Below, in pieces: positions 1 through 11,699 of a DNA stretch of 64,000 bases. A program made the translations under genes and the position numbers. Where the stretch lies: assembly GCA_951406725.2 (NCBI GenBank), contig OX597829.1, positions 3,596,001 through 3,660,000 on the forward strand, in the 5' to 3' direction. Under the pieces are notes generated by a model, which did not search any database, was not told the origin of the DNA, and saw only the letters and a list, made by a program, of their open reading frames with translations. This DNA is from Octopus vulgaris (lineage: Eukaryota). Positions within the stretch are counted from its first letter, which is position 1; each line of letters starts with the position of its first letter.

Positions 1-59
1 GCATAATGGGATAATACTCTGAAAGTAGCATAGCCGTGAAAGGGAAGAAACACCAACCA

Positions 60-256
60 TTTGATTAGCGAGAGCCGTTATGATCAACAACAAACTTACT
101 GACCTGGGCAAAAGTCCTGATGAATTTGGCAATGCCTAATAATATTGTTGCTAATCAGGATACTGGCAATCTGAAATTATTGCATGAGTTGCAATACAGC
201 AGAGATGAGCAGTGGTGATTCATAGAAGAGAGGGACGTTTAACATTACTGCAGATG
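60..256 (+). mobile_element. Possible decayed Helitron Rep/helicase fragment
   Basis: Frameshifted translation VMINNKLTDLGKSPDEFG/MPNN...LLHELQYSRDEQW*FIEER resembles the GKSLxDFGLP...ELxY segment upstream of the PIF1 helicase in Helitron RepHel proteins. Short and disrupted. Confidence 0.3.
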
Positions 257-1017
257 TGTACCCCACCGTCTTTGTTGCCTCATAATGCAGTTGTTCCAAC
301 TTATTTGGTTTTCCTGATTTGAAACTCTTCTTCTCACCCCCTTGGAAAAAATATTGATGAGCAGGAAACAATAAAAGTTTACCTAAAATATAATAGAATA
401 CATGGACTGTTTGGTTGTTGTTTAACCCTGGTACAATCCTGATTAATGGCATCTATGACCAGACATTCCAGTTCTGAACCTCTTATCTTTTTTCCTTGTA
501 CAGTGAACCCAGGAACACATCCAATGCGTCCTTTTATTTTTATAACAATAAGGTGTGATTTGAGGGAAATTTGGCTGCTATTTCTGCCAGAACAAGTAGC
601 CATGTAGAGTTTGTCATGTTAACTCATAACTGGAGAACATTCTTAAATTATTTTTCTCTATTTCTATCATTCTCTCTCTCTCTCTTTGCACTTCTGTCTC
701 TCTCTCTCTCATTTCTTTTCGTTCCTTTTTTTTATTTCCTTCCCTTCCCTTTATCCCCCCCCCCTTTCTCCCCCTTCCTCTCTGTACAATTCATTAATGT
801 TAATAACATCTTATATAATATATATATATATGTTGTCATATCTTCAGGTTCTGTGTGTGGCAGGGAACAGTTCAAAACTCGATGTGTCTACCAACTTCCG
901 TTATAAAGCATTCTCATTGACGTTTCATTCTTCTGAAAATGTTTTCACCAAATAAAGACTATTTTACTTCTTTTATTTGTTGTTCTTGTTTTTGTTTTTT
1001 TTACAAAGTTTTTACAT

Positions 1018-1130
1018 TCTGAGTTCTAATTCTGCCAAGGTGACTTTGCCTTTCATCCATTTGATGTTAAAATAAGTACCAGTGAAATACTGGGGTTGAT
1101 GAAATCAACTAGCCCTTTCCCTCAAAATTT
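1018..1130 (+). mobile_element. Partial tRNA-derived SINE (same family as 20087-20315 and 41068-41298)
   Basis: gagttctaattctgccaaggtgactttgcctttcatcc...aataagtaccag...tggggttgatg matches the reverse complement of the SINE body at 20087-20315; followed by (TTA)n. Confidence 0.75.
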
Positions 1131-1629
1131 ATTATTATTATTATTATTATTGAGTGAGCGAGCAGTGCATGCCATCAAAGTGACACCGGGGTAAAATATG
1201 CAAAGGCCAGTATATCCATCATGACTACCTGTCTGATAAGGGTACACTAGGAGCATGCATCACAATCATATGTGTGTGACATATCAAGATCAACAGTGCA
1301 TGACCTTGCAGGTGGGGGTCCAGTTAGAATTTTCCTCAGGCCCATCCTGGTCAAAATGTCCTTGAATAAGGTTTGTTTAAATATGATGAATAAAACACCC
1401 ATGATTGCAGGGGTGAATTATTCAAACCCAAAGAATTCCTCACAACACATGGCTATGATGCTCCCCCACTACTTCTGCATGTGATCAGAGATGCACACAT
1501 CATCAGCCACCAAGGGACATGCTCATCTAGTTAAAGCCAAGCAAATCTGTGGTATTGAGCAGAATATTTGCTGTAACCGATCTTTTCTGCTAAAACTGTA
1601 TTGCAACCCTTTGTGGGGAAGAGAGAGAG

Positions 1630-2165
1630 AGAAACCCAACAATGCAGTACCAAGCACTTCAACTGGTTGCACACCACAAGGTTCAGCAGAACCTACTGAA
1701 GCAAGCATGCTCGCAGCATTACCATGGGCGATGGCGAGGCTAGGGTGTTGGGAAAGCCAAGCGCCCTCATGGACATCACCTGACACCTCGGTGAGGTGAG
1801 CTGCCAACGTTGACAAGAACTACACGGTTAGTGGCCCAGTCCCTCCGAATGTCTCAAACACCACAGGTTGGAAGAGATAGTTCCCTTTCAGGTTCCGATA
1901 CTTCAGGGTTTTGTTCCATTTGACTACAGAAGTAGTAACCTTCCCATTTAATGCAGCATCCAGGATGCAGGAGCGAGTAAAGGAGTCGCAGAATGTAGCA
2001 TCCCAAATGAGGCACCTACCTTTAACACAGGGACAGTGGGTAAGACCATCTGGTCTCTTTCCACCCCTTATGGATAACCCCAATGGCTCCAGAACTCAGG
2101 GAATTAGCAGATCGTACACTTAATCCATCAATGAGTTTAACACCGCCATCTATGCTGCTTGGGAT
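1630..2165 (-). mobile_element. CRE-clade non-LTR retrotransposon 3' fragment (restriction-like endonuclease)
   Basis: GKRPDGLT..C..GRCLIWDATFCDSF...K.LKY...YLFQPVVFETFGGTGP and LAIAHGNAASML are hallmark CRE C-terminal RLE motifs. Confidence 0.85.
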
Positions 2166-2379
2166 CCACGTTGTCAGAAGAATTCGAGTAAGGTTTCCAG
2201 TCAGTGGATTCTATTACTACTTGTGTGAATTGTATTCTTCCTTGATAAATTAAAATAATTTTTGTCAGTGATAAATAAAATCTGGTAAAGTGAATGTGCA
2301 TATGACTCTGTGTGTGTGTATGTGTGTGCCTGTGCATTTAGTAATTGTACAAAAGTTGTCTCCCAAACATCACATAAAA

Positions 2380-3158
2380 AACTAGAAAAGCATCCGGAGA
2401 GTGTAGACCAATAAGCAGCTCATTTCCACCCAGTATACACGCATGCTGAAAATCGCCCAATTTTCCAAACCAACGCCGGCAAAAACATAACCTCCTTGGT
2501 AGGGGTAAAAAAAAAAAATAACACAGCCATATGATCTGAAGAAAAAAAAACCCTTTAAAAACAGGAATCATCTGAGGCAGTTCACAGCCACCAACATCAT
2601 CATCAGCATTGTCATTGCTTCCACTTCAACCACATACACCAGCATCAACGTTATCATAACGGTTACCTTGACAGTCACTTTCACCACCACAACCAGTATA
2701 ACCACTGCAATACCACCAGCACACAACTAACACTATCACCAACACCACTATTACCACCATCACCTCAGCATCACACATCACACTGCTCCTGTTGCCATTA
2801 TAACCACCGATATTATTTTATCCTCCTCCCACACTTATCTCGACCATCGTCATCATCAACACTGTCTCTAAACAGCAACGCCACCATAGGTTACGAGGAA
2901 ACGATGTGTTTCCAAGGGAGATAATCAAAGAACGTAACTAATACTTCATGTAAAGTAAATATAACGAATGAAAAATCCTTCAAGAATCCATAAAAATTCC
3001 CGGATCAATACCAAAATTTCATCATCTGTTCCTTGTGTCCTTACCAACATTTCCTGCAAGTTTCATCAAATACCCTTCACAACTTTTTGAGTTATTCGGC
3101 ACACAAACGGATAAACCAACGCCAATAAAAATATAACCTCCATCCTTGGCGGAGGTAA
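2380..3158 (+). mobile_element. Two Helentron/DINE-like non-autonomous fragments (~2380-2510 and ~2985-3158)
   Basis: Both end in aaaccaacgcc...aaaa(c/t)ataacctcc..ttgg(cgg)aggt, a terminal hairpin typical of Helentron-associated elements. They are separated by (CAC/CAT)-rich low-complexity DNA. Confidence 0.5.
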
Positions 3159-3257
3159 TTAATTTTACAAAAGACAAACCGCAACGCGTCGGGGAAGGGA
3201 AATAAATGCAACTTATTTATACCAGTTCTCTCCCTTGATTACAAATTTCAGCAAATA

Positions 3258-3633
3258 TCTTCTCTCTATATAAACGGCAGTTTGTCTGTGCGTGTTTCTG
3301 TGTGTCTGTTTGCTTGTACCCTCACCCTGACCACGGCTTTCAACCGATTCTGATGAAACTTGACACACACATAGCCCAATGTCATAATTCAAAACTAACG
3401 CAGCGAAAATTTTGAAAAGTTCCCCCAGTTCTGAAAAAAAATCGATAAATTCGACATGGGGTCGAGAATCAGAAACACAAACCATAGGGGAAGCAACTCC
3501 ACCTTTTTTTACTCTCAAAAAGATTTACCATAATTATTTTCCATTTTTTTGCTATTTTTTGGCTATAACTCTCTAAAAATGCTTTATAGTTATTTCCCTT
3601 ACAAACCTGAGCAACGCCGGGCGATACTGCTAG
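3258..3633 (+). mobile_element. Complete non-autonomous Helitron
   Basis: Starts with TC after a host A, ends cctgagcaacgccggg (hairpin) cgatactgCTAG before a host T, no TSD. The 3' end is shared with the copies at 30172-31065. Confidence 0.85.
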
Positions 3634-3639
3634 TACAAC

Positions 3640-5330
3640 TTATATTAATTGGCCCTTTTCGTCTATGCAGTCGGTCAATCTAGCTTAGAGGTCACTTAAT
3701 TGAGCATATCAGGGGCTCCCTTTCTTGCAGCTTCTTTGATGGCTGATTCTTCCTATGATTGAAGTGCAGCTTCTATCTCAGTACTTGCATACAAAGACGG
3801 TGGCTCGGCGCTCTACCTTTCTGTTGTTTTCCTTTCGCCGCTGACGCTTCTCAACTTGTTTGTTTCTGTATCTGCTCTCCAGCGAAGCAGTTCCTTCCTT
3901 CACCGCAGTCCTCCATGTTCTGTCCTCAGCCCTCTCTTCCCAGGTGCTGACATCCTTTTTTTGTGGTATTTCAAGTTCTGTCTTTTCGGGGAGCTGAGGA
4001 ATGGCCTCATCAAACTGCCTATCAACATCTCGCTCCTTTGTGTACAATTGAGAGTAATGTTCCACCTATCTTTCCATTTGTTTCTTCTAGTCCGTCAGCT
4101 GGTCACCTGTTGCAGACATGACAGGTGCCACTTTACTCACTGTTGGTCTGATAGCAACTCTAATCTTCTCATATATTTTCCTGATGTTATCCATGTCACT
4201 CGCCTGTTGAATTTCTAAGCATAATTTATCCCAGTAGTGGTCGGCACATTTTCTAGTTTCTTTTTGAAGGTTAGATTTTGCAGCATGTAGCTGTTACTTT
4301 GGCTTTCTATTGTGCTTTATGAAGATCTTACTCTTTTTATCAAATAATGGCATAAGTATTGATACATTGGCTTCGATCCAATCCTCCTTGGAAAGTCGAT
4401 CCGTTCCAAAGGCCCTCGATGCAGAATCATATATTGCTAATTTCATGTTGTTCCACATGTCGTCAGGGGATGAGCTATCTAAGTTTTGGAGCTGTTCTTC
4501 AACATATTCTTGAAATTTGGTTCTCATCGCTGGATCTTGGGTATTTTTTGTGTTGATCTTATTTTCTCTGGGTTTTCGGCTCTTGGTGTTTTCTTTGTGA
4601 CCATCTTTACCTTGGCTGTAACCAACAGATGATCTGTGTTACAATCTGCACTGTGGAAGGATCTTGTTTGCTTCACAGTGTTGACATCATTCTTTCTGAC
4701 GATGACGAGGTCAATCTGGTGCCAATGACCTGATCTTGGATGGCACCAAGAAACTTTATGCCGGTCTTTGCCATTGTAGAAGGTGTTTGCAATGCACAGG
4801 TTGTTATTTGTGCAGGATTCTAAAAGTCTCTGGCCATTCTCATTGATTTTCCCGAGTGCAAACTGTCCAAGGCAGTTGGGTCATGCTTGGTGATCAGCGC
4901 CTACTCTTGCATTGAAATCGCCCATGAGAAAGAGTTGGTCTGCCTTTGGGACACTGTTGATCACATCCTGAAGTTCCTCGTAAAACTGATCTTTCTTCTC
5001 ATATTCTGCTGTTAGAATCGGAGCATAGGCACCAATGAGATGGGGCCTTCCAGTTTTAGTCCCCACTTCCATGATAATGATGCGCTCAGATATGCCTCGA
5101 GGAGTACTGACCTTGTTCAGCAATCTGTTCTGTACAGCGAATGCCACACCATGGATTCTCCTCTCGTCTTCCCCAAGGCCCTTCCAGAAGAATGTGTAAT
5201 TGTTTTTCCCTAATGGAACCAGAGTCAGCAAGTCTTGTCTCTTGCAGGCCAGTGATGTCTACAATCAGCCGTGTGAGCTCCTTGATTGCAGTTTTCCTGA
5301 TGTCCTCTGTTTTGTCCAGGTCGGTAATAT
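3640..5330 (-). mobile_element. RTE-clade LINE, internally deleted (APE endonuclease, linker and C-terminus; RT absent)
   Basis: LQETRL, YTFFWKG...HGVAFAV, AYAP, FYEEL, GDFNARVG, WCHPRSGHWHQIDL, DCNTDHLL, then the C-terminal WEERAEDR.WR..V...FVCKY*DRSC...ISHQRSC. Contains stops and frameshifts. Confidence 0.9.
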
Positions 5331-5369
5331 TAACTATAGCTTATATTCCATGCGCACACTTATACACAC

Positions 5370-5421
<52 letters not shown>

Positions 5422-5459
5422 GTACATACACACTCACGCACGCACACATACATTTATAC

Positions 5460-6618
5460 TCGAGAATACAACTGTCTCTTGCTACTCTAAGAGGTTGGAC
5501 TGGCTTAACTAAACAGAAGCTTGGAGAAGTACACACCATACCAGCAAAAATCAAGGCATGAGTATATACCCTGTAAACGAGAGGATAACGGCAGCATCGT
5601 ATCTACCAGGAACAGGAGATAGCTACTAAATACCTGATAAACAATAAGGATAAAGATACCACCAAACCACCACGTTTTGATAAAATGCTATACCAATGCA
5701 GGAGATATAACTCACATCATCATCAGCTGCTCTAAAATGTCTATGAGATACTCCCTGCCGCTGAGGCATGATATAGCTATCCGCAGGAAGGACTCCCCTG
5801 ACGTGTACATCAAAGGGATGTCAGAAACAGTTGGTATTCACAACCTTTAAAAACAAGGAATACTGGTGGAATACCAAAATAAAGACATCAGTTCGGTACA
5901 AACATAACAGACCTGTTAGTGATCTGTGGGAAAAGGAACAAAAGTCAGGCACCGTTTTAGAGGTCAGCTGCCCAGCAGACGTGAAAGTACAATCAAAAGT
6001 CCAGGGGAAAGGGGAACACTCATGGCGAATTAATGCGGAACTTACATAGGATCTTTTCGGTTTGAACGGCAGTTTTTCTAGCGGTGTCGTATGAAATTGT
6101 TACCCATAATTATGACCCTAGAATCGATCTATTGCATTTCAATCTCTTTTAGGGTTAGAGTTAGGGGTGGGAGGAAAGGTATCTTTTTTTCTTCACAAAT
6201 GTAAATAAACCCAATCTGTTTTTTAAACGAGGGACATATTCATACGTACAGAATGTTTTCACCTCAATAGACGTCATTGATTGGTTGAAATTGCAGAAAT
6301 TGAAGAAAAACAACAACAAATATCTTACAAACCATAGAATTTTCTCAATAAAGCTAAGAGAAAAAGATGTTTTATAAACACATTCTACCAGTATACGAAG
6401 TTTAAAAGTGTTTAGTTACGTGGAAATTATTTTTAAAAAACTACCGGTCAAACCGAAAAGATCCCTTACATACAGCTCTTGTATCCAGATTATAAATTCT
6501 CATTTGTACCTATCATTATAGGTGCAGACAAAAAACAAAACAAAACAATTAACTAGAAAAACTCGGTTTCACGAAGAAAGGGCAAAAGAAACTGACGCAC
6601 ATTCTCCAAATCCAATCT
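5460..6618 (+). mobile_element. R4/Dong-clade RLE LINE 3' fragment, interrupted by a MITE at 6049-6464
   Basis: HIISCSKMS..LPLRHD, EYWWNTKIKTSVRYKHNRP, LEVSCPAD, QLLYPDYKFSFVPIIIGA, LQIQS; homologous to 11700-12500 and 63119-63530. Confidence 0.8.
6049..6464. mobile_element. MITE with ~28-bp TIRs and 8-bp TSD, carrying TTAGGG-like repeats
   Basis: TIRs ggatcttttcggtttgaacggcagtttt / aaaactaccggtcaaaccgaaaagatcc; TSD cttacata at 6041-6048 and 6465-6472; near-identical copy at 29617-30026. Confidence 0.92.
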
Positions 6619-6908
6619 AGGATTCAACAATTAAAAGTTTCAACAAATATCAAAAACTCCTCGCCAGCAAACCAAAAACACGTCCGACAACAAGACCGGA
6701 AGATTCATAAGCCTTTATAATTCACTCGATAATTGCTCACGGGCATATGGTGTAGTGGTTAGGAGCGCAGGCTACTAACAGCGTCGTTGAGTGAATTTTA
6801 AGGCTTATGAATCTTCAGGTCTTGTTGTCGGACGTGTTTTTGGTTTGCTGGTGAGGAGTTTTTGATATTTGTTGAAACTTTTAATTGTTGAATCCTAGAT
6901 TGGATTTG
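6607..6908. repeat. ~120-bp inverted repeat (arms 6607-6727 and 6789-6908) with a tRNA-like spacer
   Basis: The arms are near-perfect reverse complements. The spacer contains gggcatatggtgtagtggttaggagcgcaggctactaac (A-box-like, tRNA 5' half). Confidence 0.92.
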
Positions 6909-8856
6909 TTGACTGTTGAACTTTTGTTGAATTGTTTTCTTGTGAAGCCATTTTGGCAATTTTATTTACGATTTTTTTGAAAAATTAAACTTTGTAAGGC
7001 CTTTGTAGGCTTTATTGTTGCACCCCGCGGGATTTGAACTGTTGTGTTCTCTTTTAGAGGAAGAAAAAAAACTTATTATAGGTTTTCCTTTTCGAGGAAA
7101 TTGCTTGCTGTTTTTGAATTGATTTCGGCCGAGCATGTCGGTCGAAAGAATTCATGAAAAATGTACCCGCGAAGAGAGTAGTGAAAACGTGCAGCCGATG
7201 AGGAGATTCGCTGCAGTTGCCGCGGTGGCAACAGAAAACATTGTAATACCAAAAGAAAAGTTCGGTGAGCTTTTTGGAAGAATGAAATTTTCAACAAAAC
7301 AATATAGAAAAGTGCTTGGCCCCAATATGGAAGGATGTAAAATATATAGTGAGGGGCCGAATGTATGGCACAATTGAGGTCAGATCTGAATCAGAGGAAA
7401 GGGCCCAAGAGTACTCAGTGAGCCACCGGAAAACGAAGGGGGTTATGAGGTTAACCCCAACATCACCAGCTAAGGGTAAGTAGAATCCTTGCTTTTTTTC
7501 CTTGTTTTTTTTTGTGGGGTGGGGTAATGGTTACACTTAACCTTGGCTGTTTGAATGTGTGTGGTCTGAGCTCGAAGTGGAAGCAAGCTTGTTTCCTCGA
7601 CAAGTACAGTCTATGTAGACCCAGAAGGTGGGCTGGTCGTCCTTGATGTGACATACAGTAATAAGGCCTTCGGGTTGATCGAGATCTATGCACCTTGTGC
7701 TAGAGGATTTTAAACTGATTTTTATCGGCGCCTAGAAAACTTTCTCGTGACGTCGAAGACATTAGTGATGTTAGGAGACTATAACGCTATCGTTGACGCA
7801 CGCATCGATAACGTTGGTTCGAACGGTAGGAAAGTGAACTCATGTCTTGTAGATCTGCTTAAGCGTTTTCAGCTAGCGGATCGCTACGGGCTTAAACCTC
7901 CGAGCGTCCTGGAGTAGACCTGGATTAGTGGCGACGGAACGTTCAAGTCTAAGATAGGATAGTGATAAGAACTGGAGATAAGTCTAGTTTTAGCTGTCCA
8001 CAGCTTGTCCAAGTACCTTACACTGACCATAGAATGGTTAAGTGTAGACTGGACATAGATAGTACAGTTAAGAGAGGATCCGGCTACTGGAAGTTGAACA
8101 AGTCTATTTTGACTTGCATGGCATACCGTAGCCGGATTAAGGAATTAGTAAAGAGGACGTTAACTGCGCTGTGGTTAATAACCAATGGTGGTTCGCCCTC
8201 AAGAGAACCATTCGTTTTGAGTCTATTAGGTTTAGCCGACAGCTAAGACTAGATAAGGCCAGAATAAAAGGGCAATTAGTTAAGGACCTAGAGGAGACGT
8301 TGAGATTCGGCTCTGCATCTCACATTTTGGCAGCGAGAACGGCCATGGACCGTCACCTCAAAGCCAAACATGAGGGTGCAGAGTTCGGGCTAAAGTGCAC
8401 GCATTGGGCCGTGAGGGGATTAATGTTGCCGGATGGGCCCGTACGGTAGAAACCCAGCGTGGCAATGATGCCACAATTAAGTCTTTGTTGATGACAATGG
8501 GTGTTCAGTCGATGGACAGGACGAGATATGTGAGGCGCTTTACAAGCATTTTGCCGAGTTGTTCGGGAGGAGCGGGGCTCTGGATCATGGCCGCCAGACT
8601 TCCTGTCTGGCGGCCCGCGTCTCTCGGCACGAGAAGCTGAGTGCGGTGAAGGGCCAATCACAGCCAAGGAAGTGATCGAGGTACTGGACGAATGCCTTAT
8701 GAATTTTACAAGAGTATGCCAGACTTGTTCGGGCACCTGCTGGCCAGCGTCTACGCCAATTTGCAGCAGAATGGGAGAATTCCCAAGTCTGCGAGTCGCG
8801 GGGTGGTGACGTTGATCAGAAAGGACCCGAGCAAGGGGGACGAAATAGGGAATTTT
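6780..8856 (+). mobile_element. L1/Tx1-clade LINE: 5'UTR, ORF1 remnant (from 7135) and 3'-truncated ORF2 (from 7527)
   Basis: MVTLNLGCLNVCGL, IYAP, LGDYNA, TDHRMV, GSGYWKLNKSIL and PYEFYK...GRIPKS.SRGVVTLIRK are L1/Tx1 APE and pre-RT motifs; disrupted by stops. Confidence 0.88.
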
Positions 8857-8865
8857 TATATATAT

Positions 8866-9091
8866 ACCGGAGTAAGCACATAAATGTGAAACAAGGTGGA
8901 AAAAAGAGTACTCAAATACCAGAGGTAGAGTAATATGCTTTATTTAAAAGCAGCAGGAATATAACAAAAGCTGTTACTCAGAGTTACACGTTCCCGTTCG
9001 TCGGACAGCTTTGTTAAAAAAAAACTGTCCGATGTACGGGAACGTGTAACTCTGAGTAACAGCTTTTGTTATATTCCTGCTGCTTTTAAAT
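8866..9091. mobile_element. PLE pseudo-LTR-like repeat forming a palindrome (8942-9091) with mutated hammerhead motifs
   Basis: ~67-bp arms, each carrying ctgt-CCGAYGW-acg ggaa cgt-GTAA-ctc t gag-TA-acag; related copy at 50587-50752; flanked by TA repeats. Confidence 0.7.
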
Positions 9092-9092
9092 G

Positions 9093-9151
<59 letters not shown>

Positions 9152-9333
9152 TAGATAAATGGTATAACAAGGCACCAATATTTACTGGAAAATAGCAATT
9201 GACATAAATACGACGCTATTGTACAGCTTCACTGCGTATTTACTAGCAAAGACGCGTGTGTGCAACAAACCTGAAAAACATTTGTCTTACCTCTAGGAAG
9301 AACATCTGATAAATGGAAAACCTAGAATTGGAT

Positions 9334-9406
9334 AATGCAGGACCGGTTTCTGACTCTTCAAATACGTTTGACAACGTAGATTTGATTAGTCTTCATCAGC
9401 TGTATT
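9334..9406 (-). ncRNA. Type I hammerhead ribozyme motif
   Basis: Minus strand reads aatacag CTGATGA a-gact...agtc-a GAAA ccgg TC ctgcatt: stem I, catalytic core, long stem II, palindromic stem III and a GUC cleavage triplet. Confidence 0.75.
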
Positions 9407-9445
9407 TACCTACACAAGATTTCAAATGTTGCCACATCAATACCA

Positions 9446-9577
9446 GTATATTCGTCTGAACGCCATCTTTTACTATCTTTTACTGGAAAGTAATACATTC
9501 GTATTGCATTATTATTTTCATTGAAACTTCTTCACTGTTCTCGTTCTGTTAACGTTTTGGCGTTCAGACGAGTATAC
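9446..9577. mobile_element. Tiny MITE-like inverted repeat
   Basis: gtatattcgtctgaacgcca ... tggcgttcagacgagtatac form 20-bp inverted termini. Confidence 0.5.
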
Positions 9578-10248
9578 AAAAATCGATTCCAGGTGAGAAT
9601 GCGATCGATAAAGCCGTGGAAACGTGCATTTGTACACGCAAGTATATCAGCCACTAGCTTTTCCATCCCCTTGAACATCCCGTTAAGTAAGTTAGCTTGA
9701 AATTAGTTACTTAATTTCCTAGGTTGTTGCTTTTCATCAAAATTCGCCCCAAGTTGATTTCCTACATGTATTATTGGATAAACTTATTATTGTCCCAGGT
9801 ACGTTCTCATAAATTCATCATGCATTTCCATCTAGATTTACCTCCAGCTAACCCATTTGCATGCATCGTTTTTGTCCTGCTTTTCTTCCGTCCACCTGTA
9901 CCTAACTGCACCTTCCATTTTTTGTTGTTTTTGTACTGCTTAAAGGCACGTTTCTTTCCTGCCAAGCTTACTGTTTAATCCATGTTTGTGTTCTCCCAGT
10001 CAACAGCCTTATCATTACTGGTACTTTAAACTCTTCAGTTGCATATTTGTGTGAATAAAATCGTTTTTCTTTGGAATAGAAAAAAAGTCTATCTTTATTT
10101 CTTCTTTTGCTGGTGTCTCAAATTTAGGTTAAATCAGTGTTTCCTCAAAAGGGAGGCCTATGGGACGGTCGGACAAGTTGTTTTGAGACAATTTGGTTTA
10201 AATGTTTGACAACACAGCACCGTCCATTGGACGGGGGGCGTTTTGCTC

Positions 10249-10354
<106 letters not shown>

Positions 10355-10379
10355 TAGGTAAAGAATATACAAACACAAG

Positions 10380-11279
10380 GCTGGTGTCTTTAAATATCTT
10401 TAATGAGGCCTCACATATATATACACAAGCTGAATGGAAGTGGTTGATGTACATTTGTTCCTATCTCTACATGCAGACGGGTTTTATGTAAGCTGTTAAC
10501 CCTGGAGAGAAGCTCACGAACAACGATGTAGGAACCAGTGCAGTGTGTTGGTGCTGTGTAGATGTTGACGACGTTGGTAAGAGACATCAGTGGTGGCAGC
10601 AAAGATGGAGGTCGCTGCAATGTGGTCAGTGGTTAGACCTTAGAAAGTCTGAAACCAACTGATGCCGAGCCTAGGAAAAGGTGAGTTTTTACAGTTGACG
10701 GATAGGCTTAAATACTTGTTTGGAATGGACTGTCTCATGTGACTTATTTGAAGGCTGTGATTGGTTGGGTTACATATTGGCGCACGATAGAGTGAAAGAC
10801 AAATTGCGCTAATACCAATCAATCGGAGTGGTAGACACAACGGGGTCGAAAACAGCGCCCTGCTACGTTCGTATGTACTTTAATATAAAGGAAGGAACTT
10901 CACTAGAGTTCGCTACAGCGGCTTGCTTACATTATTTTCGATCTCACTTTTGGCAGGTTTTGGTCAATTCTCAGTGTTTTGTGAAGATTGAATTGGATTC
11001 ACAAGAGCAAGTCATTTTTCTCTTAAAGTTGTTTCGCAGTAAAAGTGCTTAAGTCGGGGGTAAGATTCGTTGCAGTATTTTTTTTTAACCACTTCATATA
11101 TCCGAGAGAAGGGTTTTCACGGGGTTTTTCATAGCATCGATGTAGATGTTGGTTTAGATGTAGAGTCCAAATGAAACGAGAGGAGTCTTCTCAAATAGCT
11201 CACCGCTGTGTGGCGCTGTTTTCGTCGGTGGCGGTGTTGTTAGTTTCAAGCATAATCGTGTCGGCAAAATTCCACGTGG
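10380..11279 (-). mobile_element. R4/Dong-clade LINE 5' region
   Basis: Minus-strand WT...HLHRCYEKPRENPSLGYMKWLKK...YPDL..FTAKQL resembles the R4/Dong N-terminal motif; the 5' end abuts (TATG)n at 11280. Confidence 0.6.
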
Positions 11280-11590
11280 TATGTATGTATGTATGTATGT
11301 ATGTATGTATGTATGTATGTATGTATGTATGTATGTATGTATGTATGTATGTATGGATGGATGTAAGTATGTATGTATGTATGAGTGTGTGTAAGTATGT
11401 GTGTATGTATGTGTGTGTGTGTATGTGTGTGTATATGTATGTATGTATATATATGTGTGTGTATGTATGTATGTATGTATGTATGTATGTATGTATGTAT
11501 GTGTGTATGTATGTGTGTGTGTATGTATGTATGTATGTATGTATGTATGTATGTGTGTGTATATATGTTTACATATACATATATGCATAC

Positions 11591-11671
<81 letters not shown>

Positions 11672-11690
11672 CATTTATATATATATATAT
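11280..11690. repeat. Compound (TATG)n/(TG)n/(TA)n microsatellite
   Basis: Directly visible. Similar tracts at 14195-14330, 15180-15540, 24436-24600 and 63050-63118. Confidence 0.97.
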
Positions 11691-11699
11691 GCATATTCA

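Noticed and set aside
848-956. Possible terminal exon (cag|GTT...TAA overlapping AATAAA)
   Set aside because: No recognisable protein similarity, a weak pyrimidine tract and no partner exon in the window.
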